A stretch of 63,350 bases of DNA, filler included, from 3 parts of 3 records of this genome joined end to end with filler, not necessarily neighbours in it, one strand, 5' to 3'. Positions 42,905 through 52,663 are shown, counted from the first letter of the whole stretch. Translations and numbers: made by a program. The notes: a model not told the origin generated them from the sequence alone.

Positions 42905-45414
42905 GCCTGATTGACACAGTTTTTTCTATTCTGATGGTCGGGCACAGCCTTTTTGGCCAGGACGGGCCGGATATGCTGGAGAAGACGCTCAACGCAGGAG
43001 CCGGCGGCGCGCAGGTACAGGCGCAGATCATCAACGGCGCGCCTTTGCGCTACAACTGGGCGCATGGCGCGGAGGCTGAGGGCGTCAATGCCCATCAGGT
43101 TCTGGCGGAGGGAGAGATCACGCATCTGATCCTCACCGAAGCGCTGCCGCTGGCCAATCATGTGACATGGTCTGACAGCAGCTACTTTGCGCAGTCTTAC
43201 GCAGAACTGGCGATTGCGGCCAATCCGGCGGCGCAGGTCTTTGTCATGGAGACATGGCACAGCCTGAAAAGCGGAACGGGCGAAACGGTTGACCACGACG
43301 AGGGTGCCGACGTGCCCTGGCGCAGCCGGATTGATGCGGACCTGCGGGTCTGGGAGGGGATCGTAGGCGAGATCAACGCAGGCCTGCCACGAGATGTGCC
43401 TGCTGCGCGTCTCATTCCCGCTGGTCAGGCGATGGCGCAACTGTACGATGCGATCAACGCGGGCGAGGTTGCGGGTGTGACGTCGATCACGGCGCTGTTT
43501 TCCGATGACATTCACCTCAATGATCTGGGGCATTTCTTTGTCTCACAGGTTCAATTTGCCGCGCTGACCGGGCAATCCCCCGAAGGGCTGCCGGGGCCGG
43601 GTAGGGGGCGCTGGGGCGGCGATGTTCAAACGGCGGATCCTGCGCTGGCGACTGCGCTGCAAAAGATCGCATGGGATACGGTTGCGGGCTATCTGGGCGA
43701 GGCTGCTCTGCGCGTACCGGCGGCCAAGCCATCTGCGGACAAAGCGCCGAATAGGCCCACAGGTCCGCCACTGCCCGAACCTGCCCAACTGGTTGCAGCG
43801 GATCTGCCGCTGCGCGGTGCAGGGGCGGTCGGGCTTGCGCCTGTTACCGATTGGTCAAGCCAGCAGCCGTTCCTTGATGTGATGAAAACCGCCCGTCCAT
43901 GGTTTGGCCACCTGCCCAAACGATGGGGCGGCGTGGATCATGAGGTGCTGCGCGATGGCGGCTATCTGGATGCGCAGGGCTGGCCGATCCGAATGCCGGA
44001 TGATCTGAGCAGTATCGGCACCGTGGTTCTGACCGACATGCCGGAGGCCGCCACATCGCTGGCGGGGCGGTATGTGCTGCGCTTTGACGGGGATGTGGTG
44101 ATTGAAGTCGCAGGGCGGGCCAGCAACATCCGTTATGACACGGGCGAGGTGCGTTTTGACTACACGCCCGGTCCGGGCAGCGTGGATATCCGGTTGCAAC
44201 GCATCGGGACCGCTGCGCCATTGGGTGAGATTACATTGGTACGAGAGGACCGCGCGGCGCTGTTGGATCAGGGGGCGCTCTTCAACCCCGACTGGACGGC
44301 GCGGCTGACCCCGTTCGAGGTGCTGCGGTTCATGGATTGGATGGAGACCAACAATTCAGACCTTGCCGCCTGGGAACACCGCCCCTTGCCGGGCAATGCC
44401 ACCTATATGGGCGGCATTCCGATTGAGGTGATGATCCGTCTGGGCAATGAACTGGGCAAAGACATTTGGGTCAACGTTCCGCATCAGGCCACGGATGACT
44501 TTGTGCAACGCTTTGCCACCATGGCCCGTGATCAGCTTGATCCGGGGCGAAAGGTCTATGTCGAGTATTCAAACGAGGTTTGGAACTGGCAGTTTGATCA
44601 GGCCCGCTGGGCGGATGATCAGGCGCGGGACCGTTGGGGCGAGGACAATACCTGGATGCAGTATTACGGGGTGCGGGCGGCAGAGGTGGCGCAGATCTGG
44701 TCGGCTGCCTTTGGCGCAGGGGCCAAGGATCAACTGGTCAATGTGATCAGCAGCCAGACCGGCTGGCTTGGGCTGGAAGATGCGGCCTTGAACGCGCCTT
44801 TGGCACAGGCCGAAGGTGTTGCCGCGCCCAAAACCGCCTTTGATGCCTATGCCGTAACGGGATATTTTGGCGGCGTTCTGGGGCTGGAGGACCGCGAGGA
44901 TATGGTCAAAGGCTGGCTTGCTGACAGCCTTGCCAAAGCGCGGGCGGATGCATCTGCGCAGGGTTTGAACGGGCAGGAGGCCATCGCATATATCGCGGCG
45001 CATCGCTATGATCTGGCCAGCGCTTTTGCGGGGCGCGAGTTGCATGATGGGGCCGTCAGCGGCAACCCTGAGGATACATTGGCGGATCTCATCGGGCGGG
45101 TTTGGCCCTATCACGCACAGGTCGCTGCGGATCATGGGCTGGACCTGATCATGTACGAGGGGGGCAGCCATATCGTGGGCCTTGGTCCGCAGATCGAAGA
45201 CGCCGAGTTGACCGCGTTTTTCCACCATTTCAACTACACTCAAGAAATGGGTGACCTTTACCGCACCCTGCTGGCGGGTTGGCAATCGGTGGGCGGCAAA
45301 CTGTTCAACGCCTACTCAGACGTGTATAGCCCAACCAAATGGGGATCATGGGGGGGCTTGCGCCATCTGGATGATCAAAACCCACGTTGGACCGCATTGA
45401 CAGGCAATTTATGA
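42901..45414 (+). CDS. SGNH-like domain fused to a putative glycoside-hydrolase-like barrel
   Basis: N-terminal GHSL...DDIH region paralogous to the upstream gene; Pro/Ala-rich linker; C-terminal LRFMDW, VEYSNEVWN and MYEGG motifs. Confidence 0.7.
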   Translation: MSLIDTVFSILMVGHSLFGQDGPDMLEKTLNAGAGGAQVQAQIINGAPLRYNWAHGAEAEGVNAHQVLAEGEITHLILTEALPLANHVTWSDSSYFAQSYAELAIAANPAAQVFVMETWHSLKSGTGETVDHDEGADVPWRSRIDADLRVWEGIVGEINAGLPRDVPAARLIPAGQAMAQLYDAINAGEVAGVTSITALFSDDIHLNDLGHFFVSQVQFAALTGQSPEGLPGPGRGRWGGDVQTADPALATALQKIAWDTVAGYLGEAALRVPAAKPSADKAPNRPTGPPLPEPAQLVAADLPLRGAGAVGLAPVTDWSSQQPFLDVMKTARPWFGHLPKRWGGVDHEVLRDGGYLDAQGWPIRMPDDLSSIGTVVLTDMPEAATSLAGRYVLRFDGDVVIEVAGRASNIRYDTGEVRFDYTPGPGSVDIRLQRIGTAAPLGEITLVREDRAALLDQGALFNPDWTARLTPFEVLRFMDWMETNNSDLAAWEHRPLPGNATYMGGIPIEVMIRLGNELGKDIWVNVPHQATDDFVQRFATMARDQLDPGRKVYVEYSNEVWNWQFDQARWADDQARDRWGEDNTWMQYYGVRAAEVAQIWSAAFGAGAKDQLVNVISSQTGWLGLEDAALNAPLAQAEGVAAPKTAFDAYAVTGYFGGVLGLEDREDMVKGWLADSLAKARADASAQGLNGQEAIAYIAAHRYDLASAFAGRELHDGAVSGNPEDTLADLIGRVWPYHAQVAADHGLDLIMYEGGSHIVGLGPQIEDAELTAFFHHFNYTQEMGDLYRTLLAGWQSVGGKLFNAYSDVYSPTKWGSWGGLRHLDDQNPRWTALTGNL

Positions 45415-46244
45415 CCGGCACCTCAATCTTGATCCCTGCCCATAACGAGGCGGGCTATTTGCCAGCCTGTTTGCAGGCGGTGCTGGCTTCTAATCCGGTC
45501 GAAGGCCCGGTCGAGGTGATCGTGATCGCCAATGGCTGCACGGACAACACCGCCGCAATTGCGCGGGGGTTCGAGGAACAGACCCTGCTCAAGGGTTGGC
45601 GGCTCAAGGTGTTGGACCTGACCGAGGGCGGCAAGCTGAATGCGTGGAACGCCGGAGAGGCCGCCGCGGAAGGGGATGTGCTGATCTATCTGGACGCGGA
45701 TGTGAATATCTCACCGCCGCTGGTGGGGCAGATTGCCAAGGCGCTTGCTGCTGAGGCGCCCCGCTATGCCAGCGGGCGGCCCAATGTGACGGTGCAGGAT
45801 GATACGCTGACGCGGCATTACACGCGGTTCTGGCTGACCACGCCGTTTATGACCCACGGCGTGCCCGGCTTTGGGGTGTTTGCGATGAACCGTGCCGGGC
45901 GCAGTCGTTGGGGCCATTGGCCCGATATCATTTCAGACGACACCTTTGCCCGCCTCAATTTCCGCCCCGAAGAAAGGCTTTCGGTGCGCGCAGAATATGA
46001 TTGGCCAATGATCGAAGGGTTCGCGCGTCTGGTTCAGGTGCGTCGGCGTCAGGACATTGGCGTGGCCGAGATCGAGGAACGCTATCCCGAGCTGTCGGTC
46101 AATGACGACCCCAAAGACAATGCCCTACCGGTCTGGAAACGGGCCCTGCGCGATCCGGTGGCCTTTGCCGCATTTGCCGCGGTGCGGATTGCCATCAAAC
46201 TGCCGATCCTGCGATCGTCAAACCGCTGGGTGCGGGGCCGCTAA
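45411..46244 (+). CDS. GT2-family glycosyltransferase
   Basis: ILIPAHNE, NGCTDNT, YLDAD; ATGA overlap with the upstream stop. Confidence 0.88.
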   Translation: MTGTSILIPAHNEAGYLPACLQAVLASNPVEGPVEVIVIANGCTDNTAAIARGFEEQTLLKGWRLKVLDLTEGGKLNAWNAGEAAAEGDVLIYLDADVNISPPLVGQIAKALAAEAPRYASGRPNVTVQDDTLTRHYTRFWLTTPFMTHGVPGFGVFAMNRAGRSRWGHWPDIISDDTFARLNFRPEERLSVRAEYDWPMIEGFARLVQVRRRQDIGVAEIEERYPELSVNDDPKDNALPVWKRALRDPVAFAAFAAVRIAIKLPILRSSNRWVRGR

Positions 46245-46247
46245 AGC

Positions 46248-47462
46248 CTAAATGATGTGTGAGGCCAGTTTCGCCGCTTCAATCGCCACGTCATGCCGTG
46301 CCAAGGCGCGCACGCGGCCCGCTTCGCCCATTTTGGTCAGTTTTTGCGGGGTTGCCTTGGCCAGATCATCCAGCGCTCCGGCCAATGCATCTGCATCTCC
46401 CGCTGGCACCATCCAGCCGGTTTTGCCATCCTGCACCAGCTCCGGCGTGCCAGCGATATAGGTCGCGATCACCGGGCGGGCGGCGGCCATCGCCTCCATA
46501 ATCACCATCGGCAGTCCTTCGGCAAAGCTGGGCATGACAAAGCCATGGGCGGCGGCCAGTTCGGAGCGTACTCGCGCCTCATCCACCCAGCCGGGCAAGG
46601 ACACGCGCGATTGCAGACCATGCTGTGCGATCCGTGCCTCAATCATACCGCGCATTTCGCCATCGCCCAGAAGGGTAAGGTGCAAATCAGGGTCTTCCGT
46701 TTTGGCCAGCGCGTCGATCAACAATAACTGGCCTTTTTGTTCGACAAACCGCCCGATGGAGACCACCCGCCGTGGCCCTTTGGGCAGGGGGGCGGGATCA
46801 CCAAAACGGGCCGGCTCAATCCCGCAATGCACCACTTTGATGCGGTCCCAATCTTCGGCGGCGGCCCAGCGGCACAGCTGGCTGCGGCCAAAGTTGCTGA
46901 TCGCGACGGTAAAGGCGGCGTGACGCATCTTGGTGCCGAGGGACAATGCGCGGGGGGCGTCAAATTCTTCGGGGCCATGCACGGTGAAGGAATACTCCGG
47001 CCCGCCAAGCAGATGCGCCAGCATCGCCACAGCGGCGGCATTGGTGCCAAAATGGGCGTGCATATGGGTGATGCCTTCGGCCTTGCACCGCTCCAGCACA
47101 TAACAGGCTTCGGCCAAATAGATCAGATGGCGGCTGCGGCTGCTTTCTGAAGCGGCCCCCAGATCCAGTGCCACTTTGGCGGCGGAAAAAAACGCGGCGG
47201 CATCCGACCTCAAAACCCGAAACAGCGCACGGCCCAATTGCCCGGCCCCCTGGGCCAGCACATGTTCGGTCTTGGCGTTTTCGGCCTGATCAAGCGGATC
47301 AACCAACGCAGCAGCGGACGGGCGCATGGCAATGCGGAAGATGTCGTGGCCCTGCGCCTCAAGCGCGTGGATCTCGCGGCGGATAAAGCTGTGCGAGGGC
47401 TGCGGATAGGTGTTGAGGATATAGGCGATCTTCAAGTGGGCTGTCCTTTGGGTTTGTGCCAT
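46248..47462 (-). CDS. GT4-family glycosyltransferase
   Basis: HAHFGTN, GRFVEQKG and PSFAEGLPMVIMEAMA (EX7E) motifs; start placed at MAQTQR. Confidence 0.92.
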   Translation of the reverse strand: MAQTQRTAHLKIAYILNTYPQPSHSFIRREIHALEAQGHDIFRIAMRPSAAALVDPLDQAENAKTEHVLAQGAGQLGRALFRVLRSDAAAFFSAAKVALDLGAASESSRSRHLIYLAEACYVLERCKAEGITHMHAHFGTNAAAVAMLAHLLGGPEYSFTVHGPEEFDAPRALSLGTKMRHAAFTVAISNFGRSQLCRWAAAEDWDRIKVVHCGIEPARFGDPAPLPKGPRRVVSIGRFVEQKGQLLLIDALAKTEDPDLHLTLLGDGEMRGMIEARIAQHGLQSRVSLPGWVDEARVRSELAAAHGFVMPSFAEGLPMVIMEAMAAARPVIATYIAGTPELVQDGKTGWMVPAGDADALAGALDDLAKATPQKLTKMGEAGRVRALARHDVAIEAAKLASHII

Positions 47463-47544
47463 CCTAACGTCAAATCTTGGCGCTGGTACACGGGTCTTGC
47501 AGGGCTTAGTCTGCGCAAACGGCAGAAGTGAGGCAATTTTTCGG

Positions 47545-48900
47545 GTGTTTGCGCGTATTTGGGAAAAACTGGGGGACAACCGGCTGATGGCGCGGGTGTT
47601 CCGCTCTGCATCGTTGATCATTCTTGGCTATGGCGCGTCGCAGGGATTGCGGCTGCTGTCGAACCTGATCCTGACGCGGCTGTTGTTTCCCGAGGCGTTT
47701 GGCCTGATGGCGCTGATTTCGGTGGTGACGGTGGGGCTAACCCTGTTTTCCGATGTCGGCATCGCGCCTTCCATTGCGCAAAGTAAACGTGGCGACGATC
47801 CGGCTTTTCTGAACACCGCATGGAGCATTCAGGTGGTGCGGGGCGGGTTGCTGTGGGTCGCGGCCTGTCTTTTGGCGTATCCGCTGTCGGTGTTTTACGA
47901 CCAGCCAGCTTTGGCCAGCTATCTGCCGCTGGCGGCGCTTTCGCTGCTGGTGAGCGGGTTCAACCCGACACGGATCGAAACGGCGCACCGGCATTTGCTG
48001 ATGGGGCGGCTGACGGGTCTGGATCTTCTGTCGCAGGTGATCGGGTTGATCAGCATGATTGCGCTGGCGTTGATCCTGCAATCGGTGCTGGCACTGGTGA
48101 TTGGCGGGGTGATCGGGGCGGCGGCAAAACTGGCGCTGACCCATTTCTATCTGCCCGGAGATCGCAACCGGTTTCAGTGGGAAGGGGCGGCGGCCAAGGA
48201 ATTGATCACCTTTGGCAAATGGATTTTCCTGTCCACGGTGTTTTGGTTCTTTGCCAGTCAGGGGGACAAGGCGGTGCTGGGCAAGTTCCTGACCCTTGAG
48301 ACCCTGGGCATTTACAACATTGGTTATTTCCTTGCCAGTTTCCCGCTGTTGCTGGGCCATAACGTGACCGCAAGGGTGATGATCCCGGTCTACCGCGAGC
48401 AGACGGAACCGGCACGAATTGCCCGGCTGCGTTATGGCCTGTCGGTGGGGGTGATCGGGCTTTTGGTGGTGATGGCGCTGTCCGGGCCATGGCTGGTGGA
48501 TCTGCTGTATGATGCCCGATACGCGCTGTCGGGGGCGATCATTGTTTTGCTGACGGTGGCACTGATCCCGCAGGTGATTGGCATGACCTATGATCAAGCG
48601 GCCCTGGCGGCGGGGGATTCGCGGCGGTTCTTTGTCTATTCTGCCATCCGGTCGAGCTTGCAGGTGGGCATGCTGTTTATCGGTGCTCTTTATGCCGGAT
48701 TGATCGGTGCAATTATCGGTATGGGGCTGGCGATGGTGCTGTCACATGGGGTGCTGATCTGGTTGGCGCGGGCGCATGGGGTTTGGGACGCGCGGCATGA
48801 TGCACTTTTTGCTGTGGTTGGTCTGGCCACGGCTGTGGCGGCCTGCTGGATGCATTGGGGGGCAATTGCCGCGCTTTGGGTCGCGTCTGGTCAGCCCTGA
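47545..48900 (+). CDS. Wzx-like oligosaccharide flippase
   Basis: ILTRLLFPEAFGL motif, many TM helices, LGIYNIGY. Start may be 47545 or 47587. Confidence 0.88.
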   Translation: MFARIWEKLGDNRLMARVFRSASLIILGYGASQGLRLLSNLILTRLLFPEAFGLMALISVVTVGLTLFSDVGIAPSIAQSKRGDDPAFLNTAWSIQVVRGGLLWVAACLLAYPLSVFYDQPALASYLPLAALSLLVSGFNPTRIETAHRHLLMGRLTGLDLLSQVIGLISMIALALILQSVLALVIGGVIGAAAKLALTHFYLPGDRNRFQWEGAAAKELITFGKWIFLSTVFWFFASQGDKAVLGKFLTLETLGIYNIGYFLASFPLLLGHNVTARVMIPVYREQTEPARIARLRYGLSVGVIGLLVVMALSGPWLVDLLYDARYALSGAIIVLLTVALIPQVIGMTYDQAALAAGDSRRFFVYSAIRSSLQVGMLFIGALYAGLIGAIIGMGLAMVLSHGVLIWLARAHGVWDARHDALFAVVGLATAVAACWMHWGAIAALWVASGQP

Positions 48901-50192
48901 CGCAATTTGCGGGCTTGCCGCGCGGCGCGGCCGCGCTGTCCGGCTTCGCGGCGGCTTTGCCATCTGCCTTTCAAACCACCACGCCCATTCGTATCGACCA
49001 TCGGGATAGAGACCACGGGCCGCAAACCGGTTTCCCGCTCCATCTGGCGGGCCGAGCGCACCACAGGGTTCAACAGTTCCAGCAGGAAGGCGATGCCAAC
49101 CGCAACCATGACAGAGGCCACGGCACCGACCATCGCAAGGGTCTTGCGACTGCGGGTGATGGCGGCCTCGGGCACCTGTGCCTCTTCGAGTGTGATCATG
49201 CGTTCGCTGCGCGCGCCGGCCTCTAGCGAAAAGCCGACCTCGGCCTCGCTGCGGCGGGTGCTGACGACATCCAACTGGCCTTGGATCTGGGAAATCCGGC
49301 GGGTGTATTGCGCCAGTTCAAGCTCCACCTCGGGGGAGGTTTCCAGGCTTTTGCTCAGCGCTGTACGCCGTTGATCCAACAGCCGCCGCTGTGTGGTCAG
49401 GCTGCTGAGTTGCGCCTCGATCTCGCGTTCCTGACGGGCGACGGTTTCGGCGCGGGCGGTGCGATCAATGCGGGTGCGGGCCAGCTGGGTCGAGATGATC
49501 TCTCGGTCCAGTTCCAACAGGGATGCATTGAGACTGCCAATTTCATCGCGGCGGAACTCAAGACTGCCTTCGATGGACAGATCGTTTTTCTTGCGAAAAG
49601 CAGTCAGCTCGGCCTCAAGGGCGGCCAGCTCAACAATCAATTTGTCTTCTTGTTGCTCAAAGAAATCCAGCGTTTCACGGGTGCTTTCTTCGCGCTGTTC
49701 CGCGGCCAAAAGACGGGTGCGATCGGCGATTTCATGGGCGACAGCCTGTGCATTTTCGGGGCTGTCCATATTGGCGGTGATGGTGATGACCGAAATGGCG
49801 CCGTCATCGGCGAACCCTTCGCGCACCGCGGCCATTCCGGTGATCGAAATGGCGTCGCGCAGGCGGCTCACCTTTTCGATCTGCATTAGACCGGGCATAT
49901 TTTCATAGAGGCCAAATTTGTCGATAATCTCAAGCAGGCTGTTGCGGGCCATGACCTGTTGTTCGATCAACTGCAAGCGCCGCGCGGATGAGCCATCAAC
50001 CGTCGAAGGCGCCAGATCGTCTTTTACGATGGGTTGTTCGATCTGGATGACTTCGGAGGAGCTGTAGACATGCTGCTGCGAGAGGGCAAAGAACACCGAT
50101 GCCACGCAGCCAAGCAGAAACACAAACAGGATCAGCCCCGCGCGACGGCGGAGCATGTCCAAAAAATCAGCCAGAGTATAGATCGGACCCAT
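48891..50192 (-). CDS. polysaccharide co-polymerase / chain-length determinant (Wzz/GumC-like)
   Basis: Two terminal TM segments flanking a long coiled-coil region. Confidence 0.8.
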   Translation of the reverse strand: MGPIYTLADFLDMLRRRAGLILFVFLLGCVASVFFALSQQHVYSSSEVIQIEQPIVKDDLAPSTVDGSSARRLQLIEQQVMARNSLLEIIDKFGLYENMPGLMQIEKVSRLRDAISITGMAAVREGFADDGAISVITITANMDSPENAQAVAHEIADRTRLLAAEQREESTRETLDFFEQQEDKLIVELAALEAELTAFRKKNDLSIEGSLEFRRDEIGSLNASLLELDREIISTQLARTRIDRTARAETVARQEREIEAQLSSLTTQRRLLDQRRTALSKSLETSPEVELELAQYTRRISQIQGQLDVVSTRRSEAEVGFSLEAGARSERMITLEEAQVPEAAITRSRKTLAMVGAVASVMVAVGIAFLLELLNPVVRSARQMERETGLRPVVSIPMVDTNGRGGLKGRWQSRREAGQRGRAARQARKLRQG

Positions 50193-50323
50193 ATGTGCTC
50201 TATTCTATTTCATTAACCTCACCCCATATCGCCGTTCCGATGCGGGGCCAGTCGTTCTAACCAGAGAATTCAGGCTAGAATAGGGCAATTTAATGTAGAA
50301 GGTTAGCGTTCTGTGACCGTGGA

Positions 50324-51292
50324 TCAGCGGAACCGGCGAATGCTTGATTTGCGGGCGCGGTTCAGCACGACACCCAACAATGGCACTTGGCCGTCCAGCA
50401 TCCGTTCGCATTCCAGCAAATCGCGGCTGATTGTCTGGGTGCCATCAGACACCACCAGAACAGCGTCAAGCTGCGGCAGGAAGGCCGACACATCGTCATA
50501 GGCCAACATGGGCGGCAGGTCGTAGATCACCAGATCAGGGTTCAGATCCTGCTGCATCCGCGCCAGTGTGGCGTGGGTCTTGGGATCTTGCATCACCTCA
50601 GCGGCCTTGCGTGAAGGCGATTGGTTGAGGCCAAGCGCCAAAGTGTCGGACACCCGCAGCAGATGATCCTGATCGGCAACCGTGCCGGACAGGTAGTCTT
50701 CCATCATGCCGCCGGACGGCAGATCAAAGGCCTGCGCCACGCCGGGATCACGCAGGTTGAAATCCATCAGAACACAGCGCGAGCCTGCAACGCGTGACAG
50801 GCTTTGTGCAAGGTTGGTTGCGGTGAAAGTGCTGCCACATCCGGCGGTGGGGCCGGTGATGCCAATGTTGACCCAACCGTTTTCCAGCGTGGTCTGACGC
50901 AGCCGGGTGCGCAGCAGATCAAAGGCGCGGGCAGATGCATCGTCACGCTCGGCGGGCAGGGTGCTTGGCGCGGGGGCCATGGCATTGCCCAGCCCTTCGG
51001 TGATCATTGGAATGTCATTCCACCCCAAGGCAGGCGGCTCAACAGCTTCTTCGAGGATCATTGGCGCTGGCGCTTCGGCCTGCGCTTCGGGCAGGTCAAA
51101 CTCAAGATTTGGCGCGGCAAGGGATTGATCCAGCAAACGGCGCTTGGCCTGTTCGGCCAGACCGCGGCGCGGACGCAGGCTGTGCCCCATATCAACCGGG
51201 GCATCGATCAAAGCATCGTCCATGTCAAAATCGGACATGTCTTCTGAAAAATAGCTATCTTTCATTGTCTTGCCTTTGGGTTTCTTGGCCAT
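50324..51292 (-). CDS. CpsD/CapB-like tyrosine kinase homolog with degenerate Walker A
   Basis: AFDLLRTRL, ITGPTAGCGSTF, YDLPP and LLGVVLN motifs. Confidence 0.82.
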   Translation of the reverse strand: MAKKPKGKTMKDSYFSEDMSDFDMDDALIDAPVDMGHSLRPRRGLAEQAKRRLLDQSLAAPNLEFDLPEAQAEAPAPMILEEAVEPPALGWNDIPMITEGLGNAMAPAPSTLPAERDDASARAFDLLRTRLRQTTLENGWVNIGITGPTAGCGSTFTATNLAQSLSRVAGSRCVLMDFNLRDPGVAQAFDLPSGGMMEDYLSGTVADQDHLLRVSDTLALGLNQSPSRKAAEVMQDPKTHATLARMQQDLNPDLVIYDLPPMLAYDDVSAFLPQLDAVLVVSDGTQTISRDLLECERMLDGQVPLLGVVLNRARKSSIRRFR

Positions 51293-51333
51293 GTGCCACT
51301 TCGTTTTATAAGGTTGCCGGGATCGGGTTGTTT

Positions 51334-51568
51334 CTAACAGCCCGTCCGGCGCAATACTACGCCAACCGTTTTGAATAGGATTTTCAGGTCCAGCATCAGC
51401 GTCAGGTCACGCTCGTAATTTGCATCAATGGTCTTGCGATGGCTAAAGCCGTTGTCGTTGCGCGACGAGATTTGCCACAGACCGGTGATTCCCGGACGCA
51501 GCGCCTCATAGGCGGAGGCATCACCGTACATAATCAACTGTTCCGGCAGCATTGGGCGCGGGCCAACA
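51334..51568 (-). CDS. priming sugar-phosphate transferase, C-terminal fragment
   Basis: VGPRP...RPGITGLWQIS...LDLKILFKT; truncated at the contig end. Confidence 0.88.
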
Positions 51569-51668
51569 NNNNNNNNNNNNNNNNNNNNNNNNNNNNNNNN
51601 NNNNNNNNNNNNTTAATTAATTAANNNNNNNNNNNNNNNNNNNNNNNNNNNNNNNNNNNNNNNNNNNN
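51569..51668. other. artificial contig linker
   Basis: N-run, TTAATTAATTAA (51613-51624), N-run. Confidence 0.97.
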
Positions 51669-52172
51669 GGTGCCGTGCTGATCGTCGTGAAAAACCGGAA
51701 TATTGCATTGCTCAATCAGAATCCGCTCAATCTCAAAGCACTCAGGCGCTTTAATATCTTCCAGATTGATGCCGCCAAAGGTATCGGCAATACGGCGCAC
51801 AGTATCAATGAAGGCTTGAGAGTCTTCCGCGTCCACCTCGATATCAATGGAATCGATATCGGCAAAACGCTTAAACAGCAGCGCCTTGCCTTCCATTACC
51901 GGCTTGCTGGCGGCAGGGCCCAAATCACCCAAACCGAGAATTGCACTGCCATTGGAGATAACCGCGACCAGGTTGCCCTTGCTGGTGTACTTGTATGCGT
52001 TGAGCGGGTCCTTGGCGATCTCGCGCACCGGCTCAGCCACGCCCGGGCTGTAGGCCAGCGAAAGATCGTATTGTGTTTCGGCGGGCTTGGTCAGGCTGAT
52101 ACCAATTTTGCCTGGCGAGGGGATCGAGTGGTAATCCAGAGCCGCCTGCTTAACATCTTTGGACATTGTCAT
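51669..52172 (-). CDS. maeB: malic enzyme, N-terminal fragment
   Basis: [23 protein letters not shown] and FHDDQHGT motifs; 3' part lost at the contig edge. Confidence 0.88.
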
Positions 52173-52349
52173 GCTCTCGGTTTGTGCATTCCAGAAGGGC
52201 GAACGCGTAAAGGTGGTCAGGTGCGTTCATAAAGGCGTGAAAGCATATAGAAAACTGCCCCCACTCACAAGCCACGCCGTGGCCCAGTGCCCCGCTATCA
52301 GCGGGTTTCAAAGCAAGCCTGCAGGCGTAGTACCGCCTTGCGACTCACT

Positions 52350-52386
52350 AAAAAAAATGCCCAAGCGCTGGCGCCCGGGCATTTTT
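52350..52386 (-). terminator. terminator downstream of rpmE (possibly bidirectional)
   Basis: AAAAATGCCC...GGGCATTTTT inverted repeat with A/T tails on both sides. Confidence 0.75.
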
Positions 52387-52428
52387 GCGATCATCAACGC
52401 CAGAGGTTGTGGCGCAAATGTAAGCAAC

Positions 52429-52647
52429 TTAGCTTTTAACACCACCGCGGCTGCCGAAACGCTTGCGGAAGCGATCAACACGACCACCGGTATCCAGCAT
52501 TTTCTGCTTACCAGTGTAGAAAGGGTGGCAGGCAGAACATACGTCTACGTGCAGGTCTTCCGCCAGGGTTGAGCGGGTTTGAAACTGGTTACCGCAACTG
52601 CAGGTAACGTTAACATCTTCGTACTTTGGATGGATATCCGCTTTCAT
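52429..52647 (-). CDS. rpmE: 50S ribosomal protein L31 (zinc-binding type)
   Basis: MKADIHPKY...CSC...[13 protein letters not shown]...GRVDRF; AGAGGA RBS. Confidence 0.96.
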   Translation of the reverse strand: MKADIHPKYEDVNVTCSCGNQFQTRSTLAEDLHVDVCSACHPFYTGKQKMLDTGGRVDRFRKRFGSRGGVKS

Positions 52648-52663
52648 CATTAGATCCTCTTTG

